Source: Gemmatimonadales bacterium
Lineage (GTDB): Bacteria; Gemmatimonadota; Gemmatimonadetes; Gemmatimonadales; GWC2-71-9
Direction: 5' to 3'
Assembly (NCBI GenBank): GCA_037189525.1
Contig: JBBCJC010000002.1
Span: 1-64,000 of the forward strand
Length of the DNA: 64,000 nucleotides
Numbering within the stretch: position 1 is the first letter of the stretch; the number at the start of each line of letters is the position of its first letter. Positions 47,251 to 58,316 of this stretch are shown here, one piece after another. The notes under the pieces were generated by a model. That model saw nothing but the letters and a program-made list of their open reading frames with translations, was not told where the DNA came from and made no database searches. The position numbers and the translations under genes were made by a program.

Positions 47251-48900
47251 TCAGTCGGGCACTCGGCCGAACTCCACCAGATTGCTGCGGCCGTTGGAGG
47301 CCACGAGTGCCGTTGCGCGGCCGGTCCGGGACATCACGAAGCGCACCGTCATCCCTTCCGCGCGATAGCCGTGTTCGAACACGGGCTCGAGCTGGATCGG
47401 CGCAAGGCTTCGCTGCACCAGCCAGAGATGCTGGCCGCGCAGCTCGACCCACCAGGTCCGATCGAGTTCGCCGCTCCGATAGGCGCCGACGTACCGCGCC
47501 AATCGAGCCGGCTCCGATACCGGCGGCGCCCTGCGGACGTAGCGCGCACCCCCATCGGCCATGACCAGCGCCGCCGGGGTCCCCCCCGAGCCGCGCTCGA
47601 TTTGTACCTCACGTTCTCCGACCAGAAGGCGATCGGGATCGAGCGCTGTGATCGTTCCCGAAACGCCACCGCCGAGCATGGTCGGCTGGCCATTCCGAAG
47701 GGTGACCCGGAGCAATCCGTCGTTACTGGGATCGAGATACGCGCCGACCAGCGCGGCGGCCTGCGCCGCAGCAAGCGGGCTCCCCTGCCGAGGTGCCGGG
47801 ACCGGCCCCAGGCCGGTGATAATGCGATCGGCGACCTGCCGCGCCAACCGGTCGGGATCGGCGTTCGCCGCGTTGCACAGCACCGCGATGCCGACGCGAT
47901 CGCCCGGGAACTGCAGCAGTTGGGAGCGGTATCCTCCGGTCGACCCGCTGTGCTGGATCAGGTCGACGCCCCGGTAGCGTTCGAGCGTGAGCCCCCATGC
48001 GTAGCTGACCGTATCGCCCGACGCGAGCACACCACGTTCACGCATCCGTTCGACGACGCGACGATTGCCGACCACCGGATTCCAGTAGTTACCGGTCCAG
48101 CGAGCCAGATCCTCGACCGTCGTCATGACCGCCGTCGAGCCCGTAATGGCGTGGTTGGACTGATTCAGTCGCCAGGTGCCCTCTCCTGCCGGGCTGTAGC
48201 TGAGCGCGCGTCCCTTGACGACGGCAAAGGGATTGCCGCGAATGGAGCTCCTGGTCATGCCGAGCGGTTGAAAGATCCGTTCCGCGGCAAAGGTCGCCCA
48301 CGGCATCCCGCTCACGCGAGACACGATGGTGGCCAGCAGCATGTATCCGGTATTGCTGTAGAGATAGCTGGTGCCGGGCGCGAAGTTAAGCCGCCGTTGC
48401 CCGGCAAAGAGGGCCAAGACGCGCGACTCGTCGAACTGGTCTCCGGCGCGCCATCCCGTCATCGTCAACAGCGAGGCGTAGTCCCGGATTCCGCTGGTGT
48501 GATGGGCCAGGTGGCGAATCGTGATGGGGCCGCCCAGGTCGGGCAGCTCCGGCACGTAGCGGCGGACATCGTCATCCAGGTGAAGTTTGCCCTCGTCGGC
48601 CAGCATCTGGATTGCGTAGGTCACGAACTGCTTCGACGTCGACGCGATATTGAAGATGGTGACCGGACCAATCAGGGCGCCGGACTCGAGATCCGCCAAG
48701 CCATATCCACGCGCCAGCTCGATCCGTCCATCTCTCGAGATACCGACGGCGCAGCCGGGACCGGCAATCCCTTTCTGGGCCGAGAAGATCGAATCGACTG
48801 CCGCGGCATAGGCGGGCAGGGGCTGCGCCGAACCTGTACCTGCCAGGACAGTGGCCAGACCGAATCCGGCCAGCACGCCTCGCATCGAGATTTCCGGCAT
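47251..48900 (-). CDS. Serine hydrolase, beta-lactamase/AmpC-like family
   Basis: IASTSKQF (SxxK), HHTSG, YSNTGY, HSG; signal peptide. Confidence 0.9.
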   Translation of the reverse strand: MPEISMRGVLAGFGLATVLAGTGSAQPLPAYAAAVDSIFSAQKGIAGPGCAVGISRDGRIELARGYGLADLESGALIGPVTIFNIASTSKQFVTYAIQMLADEGKLHLDDDVRRYVPELPDLGGPITIRHLAHHTSGIRDYASLLTMTGWRAGDQFDESRVLALFAGQRRLNFAPGTSYLYSNTGYMLLATIVSRVSGMPWATFAAERIFQPLGMTRSSIRGNPFAVVKGRALSYSPAGEGTWRLNQSNHAITGSTAVMTTVEDLARWTGNYWNPVVGNRRVVERMRERGVLASGDTVSYAWGLTLERYRGVDLIQHSGSTGGYRSQLLQFPGDRVGIAVLCNAANADPDRLARQVADRIITGLGPVPAPRQGSPLAAAQAAALVGAYLDPSNDGLLRVTLRNGQPTMLGGGVSGTITALDPDRLLVGEREVQIERGSGGTPAALVMADGGARYVRRAPPVSEPARLARYVGAYRSGELDRTWWVELRGQHLWLVQRSLAPIQLEPVFEHGYRAEGMTVRFVMSRTGRATALVASNGRSNLVEFGRVPD

Positions 48901-48902
48901 GA

Positions 48903-49763
48903 TCACCCTCGGAGAATGGGACGAGTCAGGCAGGTCGCACCCCCCTCTGCCTTGAGCGAAAGCTCCGCACCGCGATATGCCGCGACTCGGCACCCGGCCG
49001 CTTCGAGCCGGGCTCGCGTTACCGGATTTCCCTCCAGCATGAGACACTCACGCGGCGCGAGCGCCAGCACGTTGGTCGCCATGGTCGCGAATTCCTGCTC
49101 CGGTACATCGATGAGGCGAATGCCCCGATCTTCGAGCAACTGGATGAAGGGAACCGGAATCAGCGCGGGATAGCCGACGGCGAGATCGGCATCCACCATG
49201 CTGATGAGCGACATCAGATGGAGGCAGGCTTCCGGTCCGGTAAAGTAGGGCAATTCGACCGGCACGACCTCGACCGAGGCGCCTAGCGCTGCCTGGATCT
49301 GGCGGGCACCCTCGCGGTTGGTCCGGAACCCGATCCCGACCGCCAGGGTGCGCTCACCGATCCACAGCAGGTCGCCACCCTCCGCCAGCGCGCTTCCATC
49401 GAGCCGGGCCAGGATGGGCACGCCGGCCTTTTCGAGAGCCGTGCCTAACGCCTCCTCTTCGCCGCGACGCAAGGCCTTTCCCATCCGCAGCAGGATGGTG
49501 CCCGCATCGGTGACCAGCGCCGGATCGTGACAGAAGATGGCATCGGCGTGATCCGGCAGCAGCTCGTCATGGTAAATGACTTCGGCGCCGCGCGCCGAGA
49601 GGATCGACACCAGAGCAGCGTGCTCATGGAGAGCGGCAGTGAGGTCGGGACGCGCGGTGTAGTGCCACACCGTCGGATCGGCGGCCCCGAAGGCCGCATC
49701 CGGCCGCCGCACCATGACGCGACGGAGTTGTCCCCACATGGTCTGACCACCATAGGTCTTCAT
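48903..49763 (-). CDS. Amidinotransferase / dimethylarginine dimethylaminohydrolase family
   Basis: DAIF.HD, EGGD, HL, GGATCLT catalytic Cys. Confidence 0.88.
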   Translation of the reverse strand: MKTYGGQTMWGQLRRVMVRRPDAAFGAADPTVWHYTARPDLTAALHEHAALVSILSARGAEVIYHDELLPDHADAIFCHDPALVTDAGTILLRMGKALRRGEEEALGTALEKAGVPILARLDGSALAEGGDLLWIGERTLAVGIGFRTNREGARQIQAALGASVEVVPVELPYFTGPEACLHLMSLISMVDADLAVGYPALIPVPFIQLLEDRGIRLIDVPEQEFATMATNVLALAPRECLMLEGNPVTRARLEAAGCRVAAYRGAELSLKAEGGATCLTRPILRG

Positions 49764-49907
49764 CGGCAGTTGCCCCGAGCAATAGAGGATGAACGCCAAA
49801 GCTAATCGACCCGGTTGGGCTACCTCACGCGTCCCGGTATTTTCCTCTCGCGCGGTCGACTGACGCGCCAAGCCACTGCGTGGTCGTACCGTTTCCGGAC
49901 TTCCCTC

Positions 49908-51119
49908 ATGTCGTCGCCCCTTGCCGGCCTCACCGTTCTCGACTTCAGCCATGCGCTGGCCGGCCCCTACTGCACCATGCTGATGGCCCGCTACGGGGCC
50001 ACCGTCATCAAGATCGAAGACACCGACACCGGAGACATGGGACGTTCCTGGGGACCGCCATTCCTGGGCGGCGAGGCCTCGTACTTTCTCGGGCTCAACA
50101 GCGGGAAGCGCGGCATTGCCATCGACCTCAAGGACCCGGAGGGCGCGGCACTCTGCAAGCAGCTGATCGAACGCGCCGACATCCTGCTCGAAAATTTTCG
50201 CCCCGGGACCATGGATCGGCTCGGCCTGGGCTATCCGGTTGCCAGGGAGCTCAATCACCGGCTGATCTATTGTTCGATCTCGGGGTACGGCCAGACCGGC
50301 CCCCGCCGCGACGATCCCGCCATGGACCTGATCCTGCAAGCCGCGAGCGGGCTGATCAGCGTCACCGGAACAGCGGAGGGAGAGACCGTCCGCTGCGGAC
50401 ATTCGGTAGCGGATATCACGGCCGGCATGTTCGCTCTGATCGGAACCATGTTCGCGCTCCGATCGCGGGAATCGACCGGTACCGGCCAGTACGTCGATGT
50501 CTCGATGCTCGACGGCATGATTTCGGCAATGGCGTCGAACTACGCCAACTTCTTCGGATCGGGGACGACACCGCATCCGTGGGGCACGGGATTCGGCACC
50601 ATCGTTCCGTACACCTGCTTTCCCACGGCGGACCGCGAAATTGCGCTGGCCGTTGCGAGCGAAAAGCTGTGGCGATCATTCTGTCAGGGAGTGGACCGAC
50701 ACGAGTGGGCCGACCATGAGCGCTTCCGCACCAACGCCCTGCGCATCGCGCACCGGGCGGAGCTGGAACCGCTGATTGCCGCGGTCCTGGCCAGCAGGCC
50801 TTCCGCGGAATGGATCGAGATTTTCCGCCGAACGGGTGTGCCCGCAACCCTGGTCAACACCCTCGATGATGTCGCCAGGGACCCGCAATCCTCGGTGCGG
50901 GAAATGTTTCCCGTCGTCGACCATCCCACGGCGGGGCCGATCCGAGTGACCGGAGCGCCGCTCAAGCTGAGTGAGACCGAATGCACTCCTCTCCATCCGG
51001 CCCCATTTCATGGAGAGGACACCGGCGCCGTACTGACGGAACTACTCGGTCTGGCACCTCACGACCTCGACCGCCTCACGCAGCGGGGAACCATCCGCCA
51101 ACCCACCTCGCACAGTTGA
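49908..51119 (+). CDS. CaiB/BaiF family (class III) CoA-transferase
   Basis: PLAG..VLD..ALAGP, GA.VIKIE, N.GKR, ENFRPG, ISGYGQTGP. Confidence 0.93.
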   Translation: MSSPLAGLTVLDFSHALAGPYCTMLMARYGATVIKIEDTDTGDMGRSWGPPFLGGEASYFLGLNSGKRGIAIDLKDPEGAALCKQLIERADILLENFRPGTMDRLGLGYPVARELNHRLIYCSISGYGQTGPRRDDPAMDLILQAASGLISVTGTAEGETVRCGHSVADITAGMFALIGTMFALRSRESTGTGQYVDVSMLDGMISAMASNYANFFGSGTTPHPWGTGFGTIVPYTCFPTADREIALAVASEKLWRSFCQGVDRHEWADHERFRTNALRIAHRAELEPLIAAVLASRPSAEWIEIFRRTGVPATLVNTLDDVARDPQSSVREMFPVVDHPTAGPIRVTGAPLKLSETECTPLHPAPFHGEDTGAVLTELLGLAPHDLDRLTQRGTIRQPTSHS

Positions 51120-51263
51120 CCACCGAACGGTGGTCGACATGACCGGCGAGGCGCTCGCTCGTCTCGATCGTTGCGCAGCTAGCTCGTTGAAGCGTGCAGA
51201 CGTAACCGTGGTCGACAGGGTGCAGCTCGCGTCGATCAATACACACAACTTACGAGCTGAGCA

Positions 51264-53777
51264 CTATAGGCGAACCTGCGCCGAGAAATAAGCGCGCGCT
51301 TTACGGATATCGGCAAGCACCGCCTCGCGCTCCGCGGGAGTGTTCCAGCCCTGATGCTCCTCGGCGACCCGGGCCAAGTGATCGAGCCATCCGACGAAAT
51401 AACGAGCATCGTCGCTCGACCGAATCGGAGCACCGGCCACAGTGACATAGATCGGACTGGTCGTCGCAAAGGGATAGAGGTCGAGCGTCGGATGTCGCGC
51501 TTCCCGCGCAAAGGCCCGCAGGGTGTACCATCCGCTCTGCTTTACGGGAATCGCAACCCGGGCATCGGCGCGCTGCCCACCCTCGTCGAGTTCGATCGAA
51601 TGAACGACTCGGCCGTTTCCAACGATCTGCAGCGAATCGACCGCGACGATCGAACGCAGCGCTACCGTGGCGTACAGGGTATCCGACTTCGCCAACACGA
51701 TAGACGATCCGATGGCGCGCCCGCCGAGTGTGAACTGAAGGATGGGGCCGTTGGTCACGAAGGTTCGGCCGGCGCGGATGGCATCGAGCCAAGCCCGATA
51801 TTCGAGCCGGCCGCTTTGCGCGTAGACTCGCCCCATCCCGATCGGTCCACGCAGCGAGGCAAAATTCGCCATCGCGTCGGTTCCGGCTCCGGCCGGCAAC
51901 CGGACTCCCGTATTGAGGAGACGATACCAGACCGCAGCCGTTGCAAAGTGGTCGCTGAATCCGACCACTTCGAGATAATCGAGCCTGCCGAGCGCGGCAT
52001 CGACGGGCAACGCCATCGTGGTCGGCTCGCCTCGATCGAAATCGGGGATCACGTCGAAGGGATGGACGTATCCGACCAGGGCGCCCTGGGCCCGCGCCAG
52101 CTCAAAGATGTGACTGTTGTGGGGAAAGAGACTCGCCGCGGCCGTGTTCACGTAGGCGGCGTAGTTCGGCATGATGAAGTGATCCCGCAAGCCAAGCAGA
52201 CCTGTGTGTCCCCAGTAGCTGGTATGGAATTCCTCGTCGTGCTTGATGAGTACCCGGGCGGTAGAAGCCGGATCGAGCTTCGGACTGAAATACCCGATGT
52301 CCGGAATCCGGGCCTCCTTGTTGACGATCAGGTTTTCCACCACATGCAGATCCTCGGCCTCCGCCTGCCGCCGAAGCTGCCGAGGAGTGTTGCGATAGTG
52401 CCCGCCGTAGTTCATGTGGACGTGGAGATCGCCACTCCACCATCCGGCCGCCGGCAGATCGATCAGACGGCGCATCACGAGGCGGCGCGCGGCGGGACCG
52501 TTCGATACCGTGATAGTATCGACCCGCCTGGCATACTCGTATCCCTTGGTGGTCTCCACCAAGTAGCGGCCCGGCTCGAGGTCGAGACGCGCGGTGCCGG
52601 CAGTATGGAAATAGGTGAACTCAAATGGCCGTTCCGCCCGATCGAACCCGTCGTCGGCGTGCGCCCAGGCGTCCGCGGGAAACCGGCCGCGTCCCAGCGC
52701 ATCGGTGACCGACAGCCGCGCAGCAATCGGGCGCCCCGCCGGATCGACGACCGTCAGCGTCAGCTGCTGCCGCGCCGTCGGCGCCTGGCGAACCCGCGGT
52801 GCGACTTCGACCACGCGACCACCCGGCACCGTCACGATACGCAGGCTGGTGTTGCCGCCCTCGTTGCTGATGAACGCGATCTGCCGCCCGTCCGGCGACC
52901 ATCGCGGATTGGTGGCGTCGAAATCCCCGTAGGTGAGCTGGAACGGATCACCGCCTTCACTCGTCATCAGCCAGAGCTGATGCCACTGGCGACCCAGATA
53001 GGAACTGTAGACGACCCGTTTGCCGTCCGGAGCCCAATCGGGGCGCGCCTTCCAGGTCGTCTCCTCGTAGTAAATCTGCCGAGGAACCGCGCCGGGCCGG
53101 GCGTCCAAGCGCCAGAATCCGCCGCTGCCCCAGATCCGATCGGCGTTCGAAATCAGAATCAGTTCCCGGCCATCGGGCGACCAGGTTGGAGAGAGGAAGT
53201 GATCCCAGACGCTGTAGTAGTAGCGCGGAAGCGGGCTCCGACGGTCGGCGGTGATACGCACCGGCATGCCGACCGCTTCACCCTCTCGAACATCGAGCAG
53301 ATACACGTGCCAGCGGCCTTCGTGCGCCGTCGACACGAAGGCCACCTTGTCACCGGCCGGGGCAAATCGGGGCTCGAGATTGACCGCCTGGTTGCTCACC
53401 AAGGGTCGATCGGCTCCGGTCGTCAGGTCGAGCAGCCGGAGACCGATGTCATCGTGCCGATACGAGGCGTAGACGATGTAGCGCCCATCGGGAGACCAAT
53501 CCGGCTGGTAGTCATATCCCGGACCGTCGGTGAGCTGGCGCGTCGTATCGGTTCCCAGTACATGGCGCCAGAGCGATCCGGCCATCGAATACACGACGCT
53601 CTGCCCATCAGGCGACCACGCCACCGACGAGGGGCCGCTGGTCAGCTGCGGCAGGTACATCTCGCGATAGTAGTAGTTGTGCGGCACCGCAATCTGCCGC
53701 AGCACCGTTTCGCGCTGTGCTTCGAGGCTGCCGGCGCCCCAGAACAGTCCACAGAGGATCAGCGCGCCGCTGCGCAC
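51264..53777 (-). CDS. PD40-repeat + PHP-domain metallohydrolase (CehA/McbA-like)
   Basis: Multiple P.WSPDG repeats; GDLHVH, GH, HP, GTD; FVTNGP. Confidence 0.82.
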   Translation of the reverse strand: MRSGALILCGLFWGAGSLEAQRETVLRQIAVPHNYYYREMYLPQLTSGPSSVAWSPDGQSVVYSMAGSLWRHVLGTDTTRQLTDGPGYDYQPDWSPDGRYIVYASYRHDDIGLRLLDLTTGADRPLVSNQAVNLEPRFAPAGDKVAFVSTAHEGRWHVYLLDVREGEAVGMPVRITADRRSPLPRYYYSVWDHFLSPTWSPDGRELILISNADRIWGSGGFWRLDARPGAVPRQIYYEETTWKARPDWAPDGKRVVYSSYLGRQWHQLWLMTSEGGDPFQLTYGDFDATNPRWSPDGRQIAFISNEGGNTSLRIVTVPGGRVVEVAPRVRQAPTARQQLTLTVVDPAGRPIAARLSVTDALGRGRFPADAWAHADDGFDRAERPFEFTYFHTAGTARLDLEPGRYLVETTKGYEYARRVDTITVSNGPAARRLVMRRLIDLPAAGWWSGDLHVHMNYGGHYRNTPRQLRRQAEAEDLHVVENLIVNKEARIPDIGYFSPKLDPASTARVLIKHDEEFHTSYWGHTGLLGLRDHFIMPNYAAYVNTAAASLFPHNSHIFELARAQGALVGYVHPFDVIPDFDRGEPTTMALPVDAALGRLDYLEVVGFSDHFATAAVWYRLLNTGVRLPAGAGTDAMANFASLRGPIGMGRVYAQSGRLEYRAWLDAIRAGRTFVTNGPILQFTLGGRAIGSSIVLAKSDTLYATVALRSIVAVDSLQIVGNGRVVHSIELDEGGQRADARVAIPVKQSGWYTLRAFAREARHPTLDLYPFATTSPIYVTVAGAPIRSSDDARYFVGWLDHLARVAEEHQGWNTPAEREAVLADIRKARAYFSAQVRL

Positions 53778-53782
53778 GGGAG

Positions 53783-55066
53783 CTACACGCCCTTGGCCAG
53801 ATAGGTCCGGAGCGCCTGTACCGCGCGATCCACTTCGGCCGGACTGTTATAGAAGTGCGGCGAGAAGCGAATCCCCGGGCGATCCGTGCCGCCTCGGGTC
53901 GCCACCGCGATCCGATCCCGCTGATACAACGCGGCAGCCAGACGGGCGGGATCGAGACTGCCGGGCCGCAGCGCGACGACAGCGCCACTCCGGCCCGGCT
54001 CACGACTGGTCCACAACTCCACGCCGGGCAGCTCGGCCAACTGCTGGCGGAGCCGGTCGGCCAGCCCCAGGGCGCGCCGCTCGATCGCCGCCATGCCGAT
54101 CTGCCGGTGGAAGGCTACCGGACGATCGAGCACCGCGAGGGCCGCTTCGTCACGCTGCCCCATTGCCTCGAGCGTCCGCGAGATCCCGACCTTACCTCCG
54201 TACAGACTGACGACCGACGGCGTGATCCGATCGTGGACAGCGCGATTGACGTACAGGATGCCCGTCTCTTTGGGACCGCAGAGCCACTTGTGGATCGAGG
54301 CGCTGTAGAAGTCGGGGCCGATGCGACTCAGATCGAGATCGAAGAGCCCGACGGTCTGCGCACCGTCGACCATCGAGAGCACGTTCCGCTCGCGAGCCAA
54401 ACGACAGAGCGTTTCGGCAGGAAAGCGATCGCCGACGGTATTGGTCACATGGGTAAATGCCAGCACCCGGGTCCGCGGCGTCAAGGCGCGGGTGACGGCA
54501 TCGAGATAGTGCGCATCGCCGGGGTGCGGGTTGACGACCGGCACGGTCACCACGGTAAAGCCGAACCGTGCCGCCTTGACCCGCCAGGCCGCTTCGTTGC
54601 TCGGATGGTTGTCGCTCAGCACGACGACTTCGTCGCCGCGCGACAGATTGAGACCACTCGACACCAGGTTATTGCTCTCACTGGTGTTCCTGGTCATCAG
54701 GATCTCATCCGCACTGACCGACAGGAAGTCGGCAATAGCCTGGCGAGACGCCTCACGGCGCTCGGCAAGCTTGGCGCGCATGGCCGGCGAGGGATCCGAA
54801 TCGAGCTGACGGGAGGCTTCGATCAGCGCCTGGGCGCCGTCGAGCGACACCGGGCACAGATTGGCCGCATTCATGAACGCCATGTCGGCAGGCAACACCA
54901 TGCGGCGGCGCACCTCGGCCCAATACGCTTCGTCCGGCTGGGCCGGCGCCGAGGGCAAGGGACGCTGTGCCGCGAGGAAATCGCGCTCGCTGCGGAAGGT
55001 GCTGCTCAGCCACGGCACCCCGGCAACGGCAGCCAGTCGGGTAAACGTCCTCCGCGATAACGTCAT
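53783..55066 (-). CDS. Tat-exported class V PLP enzyme (isopenicillin-N epimerase/PvdN-like)
   Basis: SRRTF signal; DEAYW..VR, VDGAQ, SIHKWLCGP, IRFSPH.YN. Confidence 0.85.
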   Translation of the reverse strand: MTLSRRTFTRLAAVAGVPWLSSTFRSERDFLAAQRPLPSAPAQPDEAYWAEVRRRMVLPADMAFMNAANLCPVSLDGAQALIEASRQLDSDPSPAMRAKLAERREASRQAIADFLSVSADEILMTRNTSESNNLVSSGLNLSRGDEVVVLSDNHPSNEAAWRVKAARFGFTVVTVPVVNPHPGDAHYLDAVTRALTPRTRVLAFTHVTNTVGDRFPAETLCRLARERNVLSMVDGAQTVGLFDLDLSRIGPDFYSASIHKWLCGPKETGILYVNRAVHDRITPSVVSLYGGKVGISRTLEAMGQRDEAALAVLDRPVAFHRQIGMAAIERRALGLADRLRQQLAELPGVELWTSREPGRSGAVVALRPGSLDPARLAAALYQRDRIAVATRGGTDRPGIRFSPHFYNSPAEVDRAVQALRTYLAKGV

Positions 55067-55115
55067 CGTCCAGGCTCCTCGAGAATCCGGCGATTCGTCC
55101 CTCAAATAGGCGGCT

Positions 55116-56471
55116 TCAGTATGCGCCTTCGGCCGCAAGCTCCCGATCCAGGCGGTTCAACGCTGCTTCGAGCCGAGCCAGCATCTCGGTCATCTCGTCG
55201 GCGGTCGTCACGAAGGGCGGGGCCAGACAGATGATATCTCCGTTGGTGCCGTCTGCCTGCCCGGCGCTGGGCCAGACCACGAGTCCCTCATCCAGCGCCA
55301 GCTCCGCCAACCGCTCGGCCACTCGCGCTGCTCTGGGGAAGGGCCGCTTGGCGGGCCGGTCGGCCACCAGCTCGATTCCAGCCAGCATGCCGCGGCCCCG
55401 CACGTCGCCAACCAGGGGATGGGCGCGGAACCGTTCCAGCATGGCATGGAGTTCGGCGCCTCGCGCCTGGCACCGCGCCAGCAGATCATGCTCGCGGATA
55501 TACCGTACCACGGCAAGCCCGGCGGCGCACATCATCGGCGTGTGCGTAAAGGTCTGCGCATGCAGCACGCCCCCGGACCGGCGGGCAATCGGATCGAGCA
55601 CCCGCTCCGGCGCCGCCACCGCAGCAAGCGGAGCGTAACCGCCGCTGATTCCCTTCCCCATCACCATCAGGTCCGGTACGACGCCGTACGGCTCCACCGC
55701 CGACCAGGTCCCGGTCCGGCCGGCGCCGACCAGGACCTCGTCGGCAATCCAAAGGATCCGATGCCGGTCGCAAATCTCACGAACGGTGGCCCAGTATTCG
55801 GGCCGAGGCACCGAGGCGCCGGTCGAGGACCCGCCAACCGTTTCACCGATGAATGCCGCAATCGTGTCAGCTCCTTCGCGCCGGATGACATCCTCCAGCA
55901 GGCGACCGGTACACCGGGGACAATCGGATGCGCCTCCGCACAGGCAGCGATAGGCGTAGGGCGCGGGCATCTGAATCACCGGCACCAGCCACTCCGAAAA
56001 GATGGTCCGGTAACTGGCCCGTGCCGACACGGACAGCGCGAGCAGGGTATTGCCGTGATACGCCGGCGCCAGCGCGATCACCTTGTGCTTGGTGCGGATG
56101 CCGGACTCGACCCAGTGCTGGCGGGCCAGCTTGAGCGCCGCCTCAACCGCGTCGGAACCGCTCGAAAGGAAAAACAACTTGCTCAGGTCGCCCGGCAGCA
56201 AGGCGGCCATTTCCGCAGCAAGCGACTCCGCCGCGTCGTTGGTGAACATCATCCCGCTGACATACGCCAACTGGCGGATCTGATCGGCAACGGCGTCGAC
56301 CACGTCGGGAACACCATGCCCCAGATTGGCGACGTAGGCCCCGCCGGAGCCGTCGAGATAGTCCTTGCCGGTGTCGTCGTACAGCCGCGCTCCGGCCCCC
56401 CGCACGATCTTGGGAAAGCTGCGGTCGAAGCGCCGATACAGGAGCGCCGTTTCAGGGTAGCGATAACTCAT
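55116..56471 (-). CDS. Class III aminotransferase
   Basis: YLDGSGGA, SSGSDAVE, DEVLVGAGRTG, MGKGISGGY. Confidence 0.9.
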   Translation of the reverse strand: MSYRYPETALLYRRFDRSFPKIVRGAGARLYDDTGKDYLDGSGGAYVANLGHGVPDVVDAVADQIRQLAYVSGMMFTNDAAESLAAEMAALLPGDLSKLFFLSSGSDAVEAALKLARQHWVESGIRTKHKVIALAPAYHGNTLLALSVSARASYRTIFSEWLVPVIQMPAPYAYRCLCGGASDCPRCTGRLLEDVIRREGADTIAAFIGETVGGSSTGASVPRPEYWATVREICDRHRILWIADEVLVGAGRTGTWSAVEPYGVVPDLMVMGKGISGGYAPLAAVAAPERVLDPIARRSGGVLHAQTFTHTPMMCAAGLAVVRYIREHDLLARCQARGAELHAMLERFRAHPLVGDVRGRGMLAGIELVADRPAKRPFPRAARVAERLAELALDEGLVVWPSAGQADGTNGDIICLAPPFVTTADEMTEMLARLEAALNRLDRELAAEGAY

Positions 56472-56535
56472 GAGAATGGTCTAGCTTAACCTCGATTCCG
56501 CGGATCGGACAGCGGCCTGCGAGGAGCGGGTACCC

Positions 56536-58272
56536 ATGCGAACACGCGTTGCACTGACCGGCCTGCTGCTCGCCGGACCCCCGGCCTGGGGCCAGGTCGT
56601 CGACTCCAATGTTGCCGTGCCGATGCGCGACGGTGTTGTCCTGCGAGCCACCGTCCTCAAACCCGCGGCGACGGGCCGATTTCCGGTGCTCGTCTACCGC
56701 TCACCGTACAACGCGGCTTCGGCCACCCGAACCTATACCACGTTCCGGCGGGCCGTGGAGCGGGGCTATGCCGTAGTCGCCCAGGATGTGCGGGGCCGCT
56801 ACGCATCGGACGGCGAGTACCTTCCGTACCGGCAGGAGGGGCGGGATGGCTACGACACCATCGAATGGGCCGCGGTCCAACCATGGTCGACCGGAGAGGT
56901 CGGCACGTTCGGGCTGTCGTATCCCGGGGCGGTGCAGTGGCTCGCCGCCGTCGAAAATCCGCCGCACTTGAAGGCCATGGTGCCGGCCATGACGTTCTCG
57001 CGGCCGACCAACTTTTTCAGCGTGGCAGGACTCCCCGATCTCTCGTGGCCCACCTGGATCTGGACCAACATCGTTCCCGACGTTCACCGCAGAAAAGGTC
57101 TCCCTGCCCCCCACACCGGCCAGGAAGCCCGTGCCATGTGGGAGACACTCGGCCCGGACATCCTCTACCGGGTTCCGCTCGAGAACGTCCCGGAGATTTC
57201 GCGAGCCGCACCCTGGTATCTCGAATGGCTCCGGCACCCGCCCGAGGATCCCTGGTGGAGTTGGGCCGATCTCACCACCAAGTACCACCGCAATCCGGCC
57301 GCGGTGCTCAACATCAGCGGCTGGCATGATGAGAGCTACGGCCCGGAAGGGGCGCTCACCAACCATCGCGGACTGCTGGCGGCGCGCCAGGACCAGGCGG
57401 ATCCGCGGAGCTACCTGATTCTGGGGCCTTGGGTCCACGGCACCAGCGGCATGAACAACCGGCAACCCGACGCTGCCGTCGGCGAACGACCGGTGACCGC
57501 CGCGGCCGGCATCGACTATGACGAAGAAATCCTGCGATTCATGGACCGCTACGTCCGGAACCTTCCGAACGGCGTCGAGCGGACCCCGAAAGTCCGGGTC
57601 TTCGTGATGGGAGAAAATGCCTGGCGGAGCGGCGACAGCTGGCCCCTTCCGGGCACGACACCCGTCACCTTCCACCTCAATCGGACCGGCACCGGACGCG
57701 GCAGCCTGGATCGCGACCCGAGCGGCGGCCCCGGACGCTGGGCCCTGGTGTCCGACCCTGACCGGCCCGTGATCGATCCGCATTTCGGGTCCTCGGGCGC
57801 CCATGACTACCGGGCCCTGGCCGACCAGGAGAACGTGCTCGTCTTCGAAACGGAGCCGCTTGCCGCGGACCTCCGTGTGGTCGGGAACATCACCGCTCGG
57901 CTCACCATCAGCAGCGACGCGCCCGATACCGACATCTGGGTCAAACTGCTCGACGTCGCCCCGGACGGCACCGCCTGGAATCTGATGAGCCCCGGGCTCG
58001 ACGTGCAGCGGCTGAGCGCTCGGCCGGGGCACACGCCCCTGGTTGCGAACCAACCGACCGAGGTGATTCTCGATCAGCTGCTCACAGCCAACATGTTCAA
58101 ACGAGGCCACCGGATCCGCATTGCCGTAATGACGAGCTTCATGCCGCATTTCAGCCGGAACCTGCATACCGGCAAGTCCGAGGTCACCTCGGCGGAAAAG
58201 CGGATTGCCCGGGTGAGCGTGCATTTCGGCCCGGGGCAGGCCTCGACGCTCGTCCTGCCGGTGATCCCCTGA
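56536..58272 (+). CDS. CocE/NonD family hydrolase
   Basis: MRDGV.L, RSPY, QDVRGR, DGYDTIEW, GLSYPG, GPWVH. Confidence 0.93.
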   Translation: MRTRVALTGLLLAGPPAWGQVVDSNVAVPMRDGVVLRATVLKPAATGRFPVLVYRSPYNAASATRTYTTFRRAVERGYAVVAQDVRGRYASDGEYLPYRQEGRDGYDTIEWAAVQPWSTGEVGTFGLSYPGAVQWLAAVENPPHLKAMVPAMTFSRPTNFFSVAGLPDLSWPTWIWTNIVPDVHRRKGLPAPHTGQEARAMWETLGPDILYRVPLENVPEISRAAPWYLEWLRHPPEDPWWSWADLTTKYHRNPAAVLNISGWHDESYGPEGALTNHRGLLAARQDQADPRSYLILGPWVHGTSGMNNRQPDAAVGERPVTAAAGIDYDEEILRFMDRYVRNLPNGVERTPKVRVFVMGENAWRSGDSWPLPGTTPVTFHLNRTGTGRGSLDRDPSGGPGRWALVSDPDRPVIDPHFGSSGAHDYRALADQENVLVFETEPLAADLRVVGNITARLTISSDAPDTDIWVKLLDVAPDGTAWNLMSPGLDVQRLSARPGHTPLVANQPTEVILDQLLTANMFKRGHRIRIAVMTSFMPHFSRNLHTGKSEVTSAEKRIARVSVHFGPGQASTLVLPVIP

Positions 58273-58316
58273 TCTCCACAATGCCGACGCGACCGACGCC
58301 AAAAGCCATGCGCCGC

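Noticed and set aside
47251..48900. Beta-lactam resistance gene
   Set aside because: SxxK family member with a long C-terminal extension, more typical of peptidases/esterases; resistance cannot be inferred.
24788..54000. Very long antisense ORFs (e.g. 24788-28156 +, 38094-40718 +, 41736-44654 -, 51354-53804 +)
   Set aside because: Shadow ORFs expected opposite real genes in high-GC DNA; no recognisable motifs.
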